64,000 nt of DNA from Octopus sinensis (GCF_006345805.1 NC_042998.1:81220001-81284000), one strand, 5' to 3'. Positions 49,158-63,250 are shown, counted from the stretch's first letter. Numbers and translations: made by a program. The notes: a model not told the origin generated them from the letters alone.

Positions 49158-49230
49158 GTTTAGAAGCACATCTGAATACGATTGAAGATCAAACGACTGA
49201 AATATAATATGGAAGATGGAAATTACAAAG
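49158..49230 (+). CDS. Candidate exon containing a start codon (MEDGNYK, phase 1)
   Basis: tttcttatag acceptor, stops in all three frames before ATG at 49209 (context AATATGG), AAAG|GTAAAT donor. No downstream exon confirmed. Confidence 0.25.
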
Positions 49231-49994
49231 GTAAATATTAGTTTGTACATTCGCACGTTCAAAGAGTTCGTTTAAAGTTCATTAATGTATCGTTAACTCT
49301 TCATTAATAATTTGTTTCAGAAAAGTTCACTGAAACTCATTCGAGTACAGCCGATCGATCGCAGCTCATTGATATTCAGAAAAGCTCTATTACCAATAAC
49401 AGGAATCTTTTTGTATTTCTGTCTTTCATTTGTCATTAATTTTATTGCTGTTGCAAGATAAATGTGTCTATTAATTTGTTCCTTAACCTTTCACTGCTGT
49501 AACTTTAGTTCTTAAGAACACTGAAAATTATTTGTGTTTTCGTTTTCATAACTCTGTTTTCATTTTATGTAGTTATATGCAAACTGCTCATTTCCAGTCA
49601 GTAGTTACTTTTTTATATTCTGTTTATCACTAGTTGTATAAGTACTTATGCGTGCGTGTTTGGTTTACTTTATTACATTTTAAATGCTCATTTGCAATTC
49701 TAACTGTGCCATATGCCAAAGTTTGTGCGTTATTTTTTAAGATCAACTAGTAATTCATATTTTTCTTAAGAAATACTAGTTATCATTCGAATATATCGAT
49801 ATCCATTTATTTTCAAGACTGTCACTTCTAAGCCGAAAGGTAAGAAGAGATCATCTAAACGTATGTAAAAGTGGGGTCCTTAGACCTACCAGCAGTGATT
49901 GTTTCTCTTGGAGTATGCTGTGAAATGAAGTTTACATATCTATAAGATTATTTCTATAATTATATTTCAGCTTGTAATATATGAATGATAGTTT

Positions 49995-50205
49995 AAGGCA
50001 GTGAGCTGGCAGAAACGTTAGCCCGCCGGGCAAAATGCTTAGCGGGATTTCCACTGTCTTTACGTTGTGAGTTCAAATTTCGCCGAGGTCGACTTTACCT
50101 TTTTTCCTTTCGGGGTCGATAAACTAAGTACCAGTTGAAAACTGGGGTCGATCTAATCAACTGGCCCTCTCCCCAAAATTTCAGGCCTTGTGCCCAAAAA
50201 GAATA
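49995..50205 (+). mobile_element. Full-length family-1 SINE
   Basis: AAGGCAGTGAGCTGGCAGAAACGTTAGC head, GAGTTCAAATT B-box, AGGCCTTGTGCC tail. Confidence 0.92.
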
Positions 50206-51138
50206 TATGAATGATATTTTTGAATTGAAGAAAATAATATATGAATGATAGTTTTGAAATGTAGATGTTACCTCTCTTTAGAATAATATTAAGAGCTATC
50301 TACTATAACTGGTATCCTCATTACAGGTCTTGGTAATGAACGTGTATAACATTTGAAGCAAATAAAAAAGTCAACTACATTGAAACTATCGAGAAATTTC
50401 CACTCAGTTTGTGTATATTACGCATGGAGAGGTAGATATACTTTATGACCGTTCTTGGAAGAATGTATAAAGTTTTGAAGTTATAAACACTTACATAATA
50501 TACTAGCATATAAACAGTTTGATTGATAGAGTGTGCACTATATTACTGTATCAAAGCTGTGTATGAATATTCACTCTGGCTGAAATCGTGACAATTATTT
50601 GATCTGTATGTTATCTCGATAAACTACAACACTTTTTAGAAGGCAAAAAATGAATTCTATAAAATTCATTTCCATGAATTAGGGTGGGCTGTGTTATTTT
50701 GTATTTAATGCATGTAGGTGCGCCCAAAATGAGAACCATTACTGTGAATGCAACGAAATTCGTTATAGAATGATTTAGCGTGATGGAGGTTATTCTGCTC
50801 TAAATTACATCTGTTCATACCTAAAGCAAAGTTCGAAATAAATCTACCAAACACTTTGCAATTAAATGTTTAGATTGATGAAAGAGTTAAAGTTTAACAA
50901 GCCATGATATTTTAACAGGATGCAATCTAACTTAAACATATAAATATGAGGTAGATTCAGAATTAACTCTCTTGACTTAATGTAATTGGTGGCGTGATGC
51001 AAATCATCAGCTCTTACGTAGTCACTCCGCTTATTACCGAGTAAATTTCGGCCGGTTGCAGTTCTGTACACACACACACACACACACGCACACACGCACG
51101 GGCGCACGCGCGCACACACACACGCACGCACACACACA

Positions 51139-51184
<46 letters not shown>

Positions 51185-51815
51185 ACACACTACATGTTTA
51201 TACAGCTATTTCCCATTCTATTAGCATGCTCAGAAAATACAGCGATAAGTTGCTTTCGTGATATACACATTCCTATTAAAACTTTCGTTTCTGTAGTCAC
51301 ATCTATCTCAAAGAATGTCTTTCTTGTATGTAATTAAGTACAAATACTTAATCATTCCTCATAGCACACATTCTATGCTGTTAAGTCTATTAAGCAATGA
51401 CTTTGTTATGAAATTACAGCAGTTATCTTGGAACAGGCAACATTAGGAGTATATCTCTGATTTAATTTGTTCTTTAGACTTTTGCGCGATATTCATGTTC
51501 ATACAACTATACAACTAATTGTGTGCATACATAAGAATTATTGGCCAGAACGAAAGCAACGAAGATGTGCATGTATCTTTCTAAAGATCTAAGGATACAT
51601 ATAAGGTATCCTAATATGGTGACGCATTTCAAACTCAGTTGTAATTGTTCCATTTTAATTAGAAAAATGACTGAAACTAAAATTAGTTATCCACTTCCAG
51701 GTAAACTGAAGTGTGGCACAATCACGAAATGTATGTATGTATGTACGTATGTATGTATGTATGTATGTATGTATGTATGTGTATGTATGTATGTATGTAT
51801 GTATGTATGTATATA

Positions 51816-52306
51816 GGCGCAGAAGTGGCAGTGTGGTAAGAAGCTTGCTTCCCAACCACATGGTGCCGGGTTCAGTCCCACTGCATGGCAGTGTCATCTG
51901 CTATAGCCTCGGGTCGATCAAAGCATTGTGAGTGGATTTGGTAGACGAAAACTGAAAGAAGCCCATCTTATATAGTTATAAGTTTACTTATAGAACTATT
52001 AATTTACCGATACTGTTTTCGTACATAGGGTAAATGTGTTTTCTTTGCTGTAGTTTAATTATTAATGTTTGTATTTAATCCTTCCTAGAATTAAGATTGC
52101 ATGAATGTGGTGATATCTAAGGTATGGTTGTTCCCAAACTACACTTATTTTAGTGCTGGTGAAACCACCGGATTGAATGTTACTGCCCAGATGTCGAAAC
52201 CATAGCGATATCCGTGGGGCAGCTGATGATGGAGTTGTGTTGGTTGTTGTATTGCTGTTATTGCACGTGCGAAATAGTTTTATAAGACATCCATATGATA
52301 TATATA

Positions 52307-52357
<51 letters not shown>

Positions 52358-52570
52358 GTATATGTTTCTGTGACTGTGTTTGTCCCCCAGCCGTCGTTTG
52401 GCAACCGATGTTGTTGTGTTTATGTCCCCGTTTACATAGCGATTCGGCAAAAGAAACCGATAGAATAAGTACTAGCCTTACAAAGAATAAGTCCTGGGGT
52501 CGATTCGTTTGACTAAAAGGCGATGATCTAGCATGATCGCAGTCAAACGACTGAAAGAAGTAAAAGAATA
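51816..52570 (+). mobile_element. Family-2 SINE in two halves (51816-51965, 52365-52570) separated by unrelated sequence
   Basis: Head GGCAGTGTGGTAAGAAGCTTGCTTCCCAACCACATGG; 3' half GTCCCCG..CGATTCGGCAAAAGAAACCGATAGAATAAGTAC. Confidence 0.85.
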
Positions 52571-52638
52571 AACGAGTATATATGTATATATATATATATT
52601 CACACACACACACACACACACACAACACACACACACCA

Positions 52639-52728
<90 letters not shown>

Positions 52729-52817
52729 TATATAAAATTAATTTAATTAATATCAATTTTAAACCCGTAGCTTAGCATACAAAAATCTGAAAAATCAGAG
52801 AAAATTCTAATACATGT

Positions 52818-52938
52818 GTATATTAAGAGCTAAAAACCACTATGTGGACAGCCATATGCTAGAAATAGTAGTTTGATCGTAGATGATCTATTTCTAGCAT
52901 ATGGCTGTCCACATAGTGGTTTTTAGCCCTTAATATAC
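52818..52938. repeat. Near-perfect palindrome
   Basis: 51-bp arms (52818-52868, 52888-52938), one mismatch, 19-nt loop. Confidence 0.95.
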
Positions 52939-53001
<63 letters not shown>

Positions 53002-53035
53002 CATATATATGTATGTATATACATACATACACACA

Positions 53036-53083
<48 letters not shown>

Positions 53084-53106
53084 ATATATATATATATACA
53101 TATATA

Positions 53107-53715
53107 GTGATGGTTTGTTGCCAGCTAAATATGGCAGTCCCAGGAAAGGAAAAAAATGCTACTTCTATTTAGCCCCAAGAAACACCGTTTCCAGTTGGCT
53201 GTGTGACACAAGGATACTGTGTCCTTATGTTTTAAAACAGGGGAAATAAGCACTTTCACCTAGCAAAGCGAACATCCAGGGATCAGTTTCAGAGTCATTG
53301 CTTTTCATCAGTCTGGAGTAGCTTGGCTTGTTAGCTGTCGATGCCTATTCACTTTTGAAAACATAGAATTTCAAATGAAATAAATTCACTGATCTACAAA
53401 ATTAGAAATATTGCATTTCTAAATCTCTCAGAGAGACTTATACAGTAGCAGCGCGATAAGTTGATAGTTTGCTGCCAACTTAATATGACAGTCCCAGGAA
53501 AGGGAAGAATGCTTCTGCTATTTAGCCTCAGAGAACACCGTTTCCAGTTGGCTATGTGACTCAAATGTATCGCACGGTGTTTGTTGGGGCTAAATAGCAG
53601 TAGCATTTTTCCCTTTCCTGGGACTGCCACAGTAAGTTGGCAACAAACCATCACTTTATCATACTGCTACTGCATAAGTCTGTCGGAGACATTTATAAAT
53701 GCAATATTTCTAATT
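53107..53715 (-). mobile_element. Retrozyme-like repeat (copy 2): 354-bp period, partial tandem plus inverted end
   Basis: Direct repeat starts at 53109 and 53463; inverted segment ~53573-53715; hammerhead at 53276-53316 (CCAGA CUGAUGA ... GAAA CUGA UC CCUGG). Confidence 0.82.
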
Positions 53716-53716
53716 A

Positions 53717-53752
<36 letters not shown>

Positions 53753-53781
53753 CATACATACACATACACACACACACGCAC

Positions 53782-53818
<37 letters not shown>

Positions 53819-54818
53819 TATATACATAAATATACACGCTTATGTATTTGTTTTGCAAGATTCCTGATGTGAGATCGTTGTTGACACCGATATTGTTAAA
53901 TTTGTGGTGATGACACCACAGTGAGACAGAAATATTTAGACTAACACCAACGATTAATATGAACGCTGTAAGGACGATGCAATACCGAAATGTTTTATAA
54001 CTGTTTGCTTTGAGAATTCTAGCTGTCTTTGAATTTCATCGAACTGATTTTTTTAATACTCGAATCTTCAGACGCTGAAGAATAATAAAACACAGAAAAT
54101 TAAATAAATGAAAAAAAAAAAAACGAAAAAAAAAAAGAAAATGTCGCTCGGAAAAATCTGCATGGAAAAATTTCGCATCACAATGTAATCTGATATTACA
54201 CATACACACACACACATACACACACACACACACTCACACACACACATACACACACATGTACATACACACGCACACACAGGTGTATATGTACATATATATA
54301 TATATATGGATGCATAATATATGCATATAATATATATACATATACACGTACATACGTACATATACATACATATATACATCCAACCATAAACACATACACA
54401 CACAACACACTCACACACACACATATGCATTTATGTATGTATATGAATGAATATATCACTTTACCGACAAATCTAATTGCATTTTTAAAGAGAACTTTAT
54501 TTTTACAAAAATTGCCCCGTGTGTAATACATAACTATAAAATGATATAACCTCAGTGTATATGAAAGCGCATTTACACATTTTAAGGCACATGTTAAATG
54601 CATAGGACCAACATTAATTTGAAGAACAGGCGTAGAACCATTCAGACACATCATTCAATGTGAATATGTGTACAACACTGTTTATACCAAGACAACTCGA
54701 ATACCAGACTATTGGCCTACAACATGTTATTCTTCGAATTGGTTACTAGATACCTCCACATGTTTAAGCGCCTAGAACTATGTAGCTCTTTACATACATA
54801 CATAAATACATACATACA

Positions 54819-54852
<34 letters not shown>

Positions 54853-55199
54853 CATACATACATGCATCCTCCTTTGCATATTGCATCTCAACCGCCTATT
54901 CCACAAACAACAAACACTCTTCCATCCTGTGCCATGCAACGCCATTACATCCACCCCTTACCACAACGCCTCACATGCCTACATCTGTCGCTCCATCCAT
55001 GCCACCACAGCTTTCTCGTCCTGAACCCCTATCGCCAACATCCTTCAACCTACAACCGCCTCCTCCCAACTTTCCTGGGTTGGAGTCTACCACCACCACC
55101 TCCACCCGTTCCCCAACTGCCTTAACTTCCTCCTCTCCTACTTCATGCTTTTTGAATCTTTCCTTCTGATCTCTCTCTCTCGCTCTGTCCCTCTCTCTC

Positions 55200-56060
55200 T
55201 CTCCCTCTCTCTCTTAGTCTGTATCTAAAGCATACTGTTCTCTCCTTGGTATGGAGTTTTCGTTTTAAACCCTTCACTCCAGGAACGAGTTTCAAAACCA
55301 GGCTGCATGCCCTCTCATAATGTTCTACCTGCATTGACGGACAAGACTACCTAACTGACCTGGGCTGCAGACCATCCCAGTGAACACCAGCCTTTGGCTA
55401 GTTCCATGCAGCTAAGTTCGCTGGCATTCACCACTGCGCCCAAGACCGGTTCAACTTCCATTGAGCCGAAATCTGAGCCCTCCGTTGCTTCAGCCTCTGA
55501 GAGGACCTCGTCCTCAAATCAACTGGCAAAGCCAGTCCTGTGATTGTTCGGCATGCAGACGTCTACAAGGCTGAGGCGCTTTGGCAAGTACAATACACCT
55601 CTTTGTATCGTCCTGGGTCCGCCAAACCTACACCTCACAACCGACAAATCGTTTCTTTCTCAATCCACGAACTCACTTTCACCTCCATCCTATCTCACCC
55701 TCTTTGTCTGGACCCATGTACAATTACTTCGTCCCTGAACTTCCCAAATCCAATAAACCCCGTTTACCAGTTATGTCTGCATGGTATTGCCACATGGTAT
55801 TTATCTTTCTATATCTCTACCTCGTTCTTGCACTATTAATGGCTTCCCTCACTTACCACATCCACGACATCACTTACATCTTTCGTCACTTTATATCCTC
55901 TTTTCCTCCTGGAGCTTTCTTGTTTATCCTCGTCATCAAGTACCTATCCTCCATGATCCTTCATACTGAAGGCCTCCTAGCCCTCAAACCTTTCCAAGAC
56001 GCTCGTCCCAATTGCCAGCTTAGTACCCCTACCTTGACTCTGTTGATTGAATCGTTTGTC
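55200..56060 (+). mobile_element. Possible old LINE remnant (ORF1 end / endonuclease region)
   Basis: C-rich, broken frames, weak ILGD-like and cysteine motifs only. Confidence 0.3.
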
Positions 56061-56473
56061 TTCCCTTAAAATTGCCTTTAATACGCAGGAGAGATCGATT
56101 AACAGTTCTTGTGAATGGCGATGAGAACAAGAATGGGCCTCAATTAAGCTAACCTATTCGTTTCTAATGCTAAGGCCCAGATATTTTCACAGCCCGCTGG
56201 CCATACAACTGTGCTGAACGGTCGTTACATCGTCGGGGGACGTCATTCGTCATCACGACTAATACTGGTTACTATTATTTTAAACACTTTTTAGTTCTTT
56301 TAGCACAACCAATACCGAACTGTTCTGTGTCAATATAACAAGTGATCTGTGATATTATTACAAGTGATATTATTACGCTGTCATAATATCAATTCATGTG
56401 TTATTCTTACAACCACCAATGAACTAAATCATTACAACCACCAGTCACCTATATCATTTAAACAACCGCTATT

Positions 56474-56916
56474 CTTTTCTACTCTAGGCACAAGACTCGA
56501 AATTTTGGGAGAGGAAGCCAGTCGATTAGATCGATCCTAGTACACAATTAGTACTTAATTTATCGACCCCTGAAAGGGTGAAAGGCAAAGTTGACCTCGG
56601 TGGAATTTGAACTCAGAACGTAAAGACAAACGAAATACCACAAAGCATTTCGGCCGGCCTGCTAATTTTTCTGCCAGCTCACCGCCTTTAAATAACTGCT
56701 ATATTCATTTCTACTCTAGGCACAAAGCCCGAAATTTTGTTGGGGTGCCAGTCGATTAGATCGACCCCAGTACGTAACTGGTACTAAATTTATCAACACC
56801 CGAAAGGATGAAAGGCGAAGTCGACCTCGGCAGAATTTGGACTCAGAACGTAAAGACAGACGAAATACCGCTAAGCATTTCGCCCGGCATGCTAACGTTT
56901 CTGCCAGCTCGCCGCC
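56474..56916 (-). mobile_element. Two tandem full-length family-1 SINEs, period 230 bp
   Basis: Bounded by three copies of a TTTAAAYAACYRCTA(T)ATT-like motif at 56457, 56687 and 56917. Confidence 0.9.
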
Positions 56917-57220
56917 TTTAAACAACCACTATATTACAAACTAGCGGTACTCAAGAATATTTCACAGACTTAATGGTAAAATTAATGGGTTATTTCTAAA
57001 AACTTTATCCGGAAAACCTGAAAGCGTAGCCTGTGTTGTGTCAGTATTGAAAGATGGTCGCTCGTCTGCTAATCATTAAAAGTTGAAGGAAATTGGAATT
57101 GATGATTACTTAATGCACTTTATCTATACACATTATATACTTTATCCACAACTTTATAGACTTAATACACACCACTCTCCTTCTTTCACTCTCCTTTTTC
57201 TTTCACTCTTCACCTTTCCT

Positions 57221-57460
57221 TTCATCTAATCACATGCAAGCGTTACAGACGGGCTAAGTAACAGAGGAAAAATCATCTTAGTTAAAATAAAATAAATTAT
57301 ATATTTCACTCACCACCACATCCTGTCCCTCACCCTCCCCTCAACCGCCCTCTTTGCCCCCTCCTCCAACTTTCTCCTCTGCCCCATGTCCTCTTCCTCC
57401 GCCACATTCATCTAATCACGTGGAAGTGTTACGGATGGGCTAAGTAACGGAGGAACAAGC
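57221..57460 (+). repeat. Dispersed ~50-bp direct repeat
   Basis: TCATCTAATCACATGCAAGCGTTACAGACGGGCTAAGTAACAGAGGAA and TCATCTAATCACGTGGAAGTGTTACGGATGGGCTAAGTAACGGAGGAA. Confidence 0.8.
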
Positions 57461-57784
57461 AGAATTATTATAATATTATGCACTTTCAAATTCTTTATAC
57501 TATACCTTAATACTTCTCATATTAATATTTCAAACTATTTGCTTCTGCTTCCTTTTAATATTATATTATTTTCTGAAATTTGACCTTCTTTAATATTTAA
57601 GAAAAGACACATTGGCGTTCACGTTCTGTTAGTTTCTCTCTACTTGACTATGTCCTTCTATGTTTATCTCTACTGATTTTGTGTTTTGTGTAGAATTGAG
57701 AGCCAGTTATATATATATATATATATATATATAGTATATATATATACATATATGTGTGTGTGGTGTGTGTAATATATATATGTG

Positions 57785-57824
<40 letters not shown>

Positions 57825-57886
57825 GATGTATATATATGTATGTTATATATGTATTTATATATATATATATATATGTATGTATATAT

Positions 57887-57986
57887 NNNNNNNNNNNNNN
57901 NNNNNNNNNNNNNNNNNNNNNNNNNNNNNNNNNNNNNNNNNNNNNNNNNNNNNNNNNNNNNNNNNNNNNNNNNNNNNNNNNNNNNN
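57887..57986. other. Assembly gap (100 N)
   Basis: Directly visible; abuts (TA)n. Confidence 1.
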
Positions 57987-58506
57987 AGCAAACGTTTAGT
58001 GGTATTTTAAACGGTACTTTGTTGAAGAGAAATTGCTTACACGGGGAGATGAATAATATAATTTGTGCGTCTATAAAGGCACATTCACGACATTTCAGCT
58101 AAGAGTTTAATATGTCTGTAAACTGTTTATTTGGTCAGAATTGGGACCATTCTGACGTCGCAGTCACTAAGAGGACGTCTGCTTCCGTGTCGTTCCCAAG
58201 GCAACACGTTGATGTCTTTGAAACGAAATACTTGACTCATTGGTTGACATAACGCTATTCATGGAATCGATTACTTTACAGTGCCATGCAAATATTGCAG
58301 CATTTACAACGAATCTCATACAAAAATACATACACATAAGCACACATACACATACATACAGACATATATAAATATATATATATATATACACACATATACA
58401 TACGTAAATAAATATATATACACATACACACACACACACACACACATACATATATATATACACATTATATACATACACATATTACGCACACACGCACTCA
58501 CGCACG

Positions 58507-58542
<36 letters not shown>

Positions 58543-58555
58543 TATGTATATATAG

Positions 58556-58597
<42 letters not shown>

Positions 58598-58937
58598 GCA
58601 CACACACACATACACACACGCACACACTCACACAGTGTTGGTATGTATGTATGTAACTCTCTGTGTCTCACTGTCACTCTGCATGTATGTAATACTTTTC
58701 ATTTATGTAATTCGAAATATTTCAGATATATACCCGGTCACATTAATATGTATTTAGTATTACTGAAAATGTCGGTCTCGTTGACAAATGATTGAAGCCT
58801 GGTGGTTCTGGAATGAGAATGAGTCAGATCAGTTTTATGTTTCGTTTAATATTTATCGGTGATAATTTACCACTCACAGAAATGTTAATACATACATATG
58901 CATACTATTACAGTCTAAATTTACGTTTATCAAATAA

Positions 58938-59329
<392 letters not shown>

Positions 59330-59338
59330 CTTTCTCTA

Positions 59339-59406
<68 letters not shown>

Positions 59407-59411
59407 ATATC

Positions 59412-59640
59412 AAATTAGAGATAAAACCACTATTAGGCAAATCAAACAATGAAAAACATAAGCCAATACATAAAATTAATTAATTATATTATTTCAAATA
59501 TATATCAAAAGTATTAAAAGTTTTATTAAACTTTTAATACTTTTGATATATATTTGAAATAATATAAATTAATTAATTTTATGTATTGGCTTATGTTTTT
59601 CATTGTTTGATTTGCCTAATAGTGGTTTTATCTCTAATTT
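59412..59640. repeat. Near-perfect long palindrome
   Basis: Arms 59412-59523 and 59528-59640, a single 1-nt indel, 4-nt loop TATT. Confidence 0.95.
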
Positions 59641-59743
59641 AATATAATATATATTTTACAATAAAATTGGATTTAATCCTAAATCTGATTTTTCCTGTAA
59701 GTTTGGATTTATTCCCTAATATTTTATTATATAAATAAATAAA

Positions 59744-59777
<34 letters not shown>

Positions 59778-61149
59778 CACACACATATATATGAGTGTGT
59801 AGTCAAACAAAAGTAAGGACAGGCAACACATACATTGGGAGCCACAGGTATTATTCAAAACAGTTTGAATGATAAAACATTTTGCTGGCCCTTTACGGAA
59901 CCTGTCAATTCAGGCTGGCAGAAAGTTCAAGTGAACAAAATCGCAGAAGAAGTCCAAGTTGAATAGCAGTAGATAGGCTACAATTGGTCAAGGAGGGTCA
60001 CCTGATGTCTCAGTAGATAGTATTGTTTCGTAAGGACATCAGTTACATGAGAAAAGCATATTTTCTTTGGCACCGTGGTTGGACAGGAAATTGGTGGTGA
60101 CAGAGGATCTGGGCGTGAAATCTGAGAGGCTTGTGAGCATATGATCCTGTGTCCGCATATGCGCGATTGTGTGTAAATATGTATGTGCATGTGTGTTGTA
60201 TGTGTGTGTAAGTTCGCGTACGTCAGTGTGTATGTACGTGTATATATTTGTGTGTGTGTTTGCGTTTGTGTGTCTTTGCGTGTGTGTGTGATTGCGCGTG
60301 TGTGTGTTTGCGTGTGTGTGTTTGTGTGTGCGTCTGAGTGTGTTTGTGCTTGTGCGCGCGCTAGTGAGTGCGCGTGTGCGTGCGAGCGTGTGTGGTGTGT
60401 GCGCGCGCTTCTTTGTGCTCGCGTGCATATGTATACTCACGTGGATGTTCATATGCAACGTGTGCAGATTTGCAGGTGAGATGGCATGGCTGGAGTGATG
60501 TTTATGTGTACTGTGTGTGTGTATGTGTGTGCGTACACACGCACACATGCACATACATACACACAGTGTATATAACCACCATACGATCCATGAGATTCTA
60601 CCCTCAAATCCATACCCCCTAGCTCATTATATTCCTTCTTTCGCGTCTTTTTTATGTAGTACCTGTCTGTATATTCATGCCATTTACTCTGTCTTAAGCC
60701 CCTAGCTTACAATACTCTTTATTTCGCTTCTTTTACTCATTTCTAACGAGGAAGGAAAGTTTTCATGGTGCTACAAACTTTTCTCTCATAGAATGTGGAT
60801 TTCAATTACTTTTTCTGAAGAGTGCCATTCCTTTCACTATCAGAAATATTCCTTGCAGTCATAAAAGGTGCACAATTTTCTGAAGGAAAAAAAAGCCCAA
60901 TAAACATACTCCTAAACAGAGCAAATATGGAATAATTACGCCATCGAAATATGGAATAATTAGCCATGCACACAGAACAAACACTGCATACACTGCGACA
61001 CAACAGTCTAGACAGAGCTGATACGTTAACTGAATAAGTTCCAACATTCTAAACATGATACGGTAGACCACGTATGCATTTTAAGACACGATTGTATCAT
61101 TCTTTCCATTAATGTATAATAAATAAAAAAATGAAAGTATTAAAATATA

Positions 61150-62170
61150 GTAAATTATTATATGATGATTTTAGAATATCGTTTAAGCCAAATTCGTGTA
61201 AGAAATATAGAAATGCCGAAAACGTTTCCAAAAATTGGGGTTTGATAGCAAACGCGTGAAAAGGCAAATAATACGAAATTTCTACAAGTGTATTCACTTC
61301 AGTAGCCGCATTTTAAACGAAATGACAATTGATTTTCGAGGTGGAAAAATGAAACACAAGGGAAAAAATTATTGTTGGCGGTTCAATATCCACCAAGATT
61401 AATATTTGTCATTCAAATCTTGAAACAACGCATAGAGATAAAGAAGGCTTTAGAGGATCATGGTGCTTTAAACTTTTGTGCCGAAATAATATCGACGTCA
61501 ATGCGAGAAAAATGAATGCGAAAATAATGCTTAGAATATAAGATAAAATCGTCGAGTTTCACATGACTGTGCTTAACGTAAGAAAAGAAAATAATTCTCA
61601 ATTTCCAGTTACAGAAAAGAAGAAAGAAATTATTTTTGAAATGTGAAATGCCATAAAAACGACAGCCAAGTCTAAAGAAGCTAACTCTGTAACTGTTAAT
61701 ATGTATAAAATGTGATCTTGAGATGACACGCAGCGCAGATCTTTTAGTATCATGCATTGATGTCGCAAAACCGCTAGAATTTTTTAATGTTTGAAAGACA
61801 GACATAATCAAAAGTAAGAGTAACCAATGAAGTTCACGTTCTTGTCCACCTAATTGCTGCCTCTACATGAAAGGAATGGTATTGTTATTGGTATTAAAAT
61901 ATAGTCCAGGTGTCTTATAAGATATGTCTATGCATTGCTTCAAGATTTAAATGATGATATCTAACAAGATTAAAATAATCTTCGTGGATGTTAGATGCCC
62001 ATTCTAGTGTTTAAGGTTTCTTATTACTTTAAAACCAGTTTCAGGCGGCTCTAAAGACCGAGGCAGGTAAAACGAGGGCTGAGAACTTAGAGATCCGGTT
62101 AGCAGTAATATCAGATTAACCAGTCAGTTGTAAAGAATTCATGAAAAGCTGTTTATCAAGGCTTAAAATT
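61150..62170 (+). pseudogene. Highly decayed pogo/Tigger-type transposase
   Basis: GFRGSWCFKLLCRNN (FKASxGW-like), DKIVEFHMTVLNVRKEN, IIFEM, VHVLVH, WMLDAH and LAVI occur in the pogo order; many stops. Confidence 0.6.
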
Positions 62171-62302
62171 TAGACATATTCCTTCTTTTTGTCAGACAGA
62201 AAGGCAGTCACGAACTGTTATTGTGCAGGACTGCAAATAAAAACTTTGTATAAAACGTGATATAAAAAGACATTCAAACGTATACATACATACTACTTAT
62301 AT

Positions 62303-62352
<50 letters not shown>

Positions 62353-63065
62353 ATATAATATACATACACAGGCACACACATGCACAAACACACACACACA
62401 CGAGCGCGCGCACACACGCATACAGATATGTATATAATGAAGGCATTTTTAGAATATTGTGTTTCAGAAATTGGCTTCTGAGTGTATTGCGTTTGATTTA
62501 TTGTTTGCAGGCAATATGGCAGATACTTAGAAAAGTAATTGATTTCCTTGGTCTTGTTGATGATAAATGAACACTTATGCAAATGATTTATTCATTTTTT
62601 TTTGTTTCTTTTAGATTTATTTCACTTTGATTCTTGCTACGTAATCTATGCTGTTCCATGAAATGTCAGATGACATTAAAATACATCCAACATTTTTTAC
62701 TATTTTGCGTTGCTTGCTGTATACTAATATTAATATAATATTTACATGATTTGTCAACATGTATTATATCTATAGAAATTCATTGATTTTTATTGTAGCG
62801 TGATGCTTGCTCCAAACTATCTTACGCCGATCTATGTATGTATATATATGTGTGTGCGTATATGTGAGTATGTGCGTGTGGTTTTCTGTCCGTGTGTGTG
62901 TGTGTGCGTGTTAGTGTGATATGCGCGTCTGTATATATATATAGGCAGATATGTATGTCTCAAATTTCTTTTTCCCAATCTCCCTTCATTTATGCATACA
63001 TATATACATACATACATATATATATGAATATAAATGCATATATACCCCACCCCCATATGTATATA

Positions 63066-63250
63066 TAGTTGGAATTTACAGAAAAACAAAAGACGAAGAC
63101 AGGTGTATAAACACAAGCAGGTGTATTAGTTTGACGCTCAGGAGGGTGAGAAAGTCGTTTATGTCTCAAGCATCCGCTCTTCAACAGAAAGGAACACGAA
63201 GAAATAAACTGAGAGAGAATAAAATAACTTTTGAAGTTAGCGGTCTATCA
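63066..63250 (-). mobile_element. Second copy of the 37.7-kb PLE-terminal-repeat-like element
   Basis: Colinear with 37696-37900; degenerate hammerhead at 63156-63191 keeps CUGUUGA. Confidence 0.75.

Noticed and set aside
52087-52125. Strong acceptor/donor pair around a 33-nt segment
   Set aside because: Stops in all three frames.
52170-52290. CTGATGA preceded by a CTGCCC/GGGCAG stem (type III hammerhead?)
   Set aside because: No convincing stem II and no stem III complement after GAAA.
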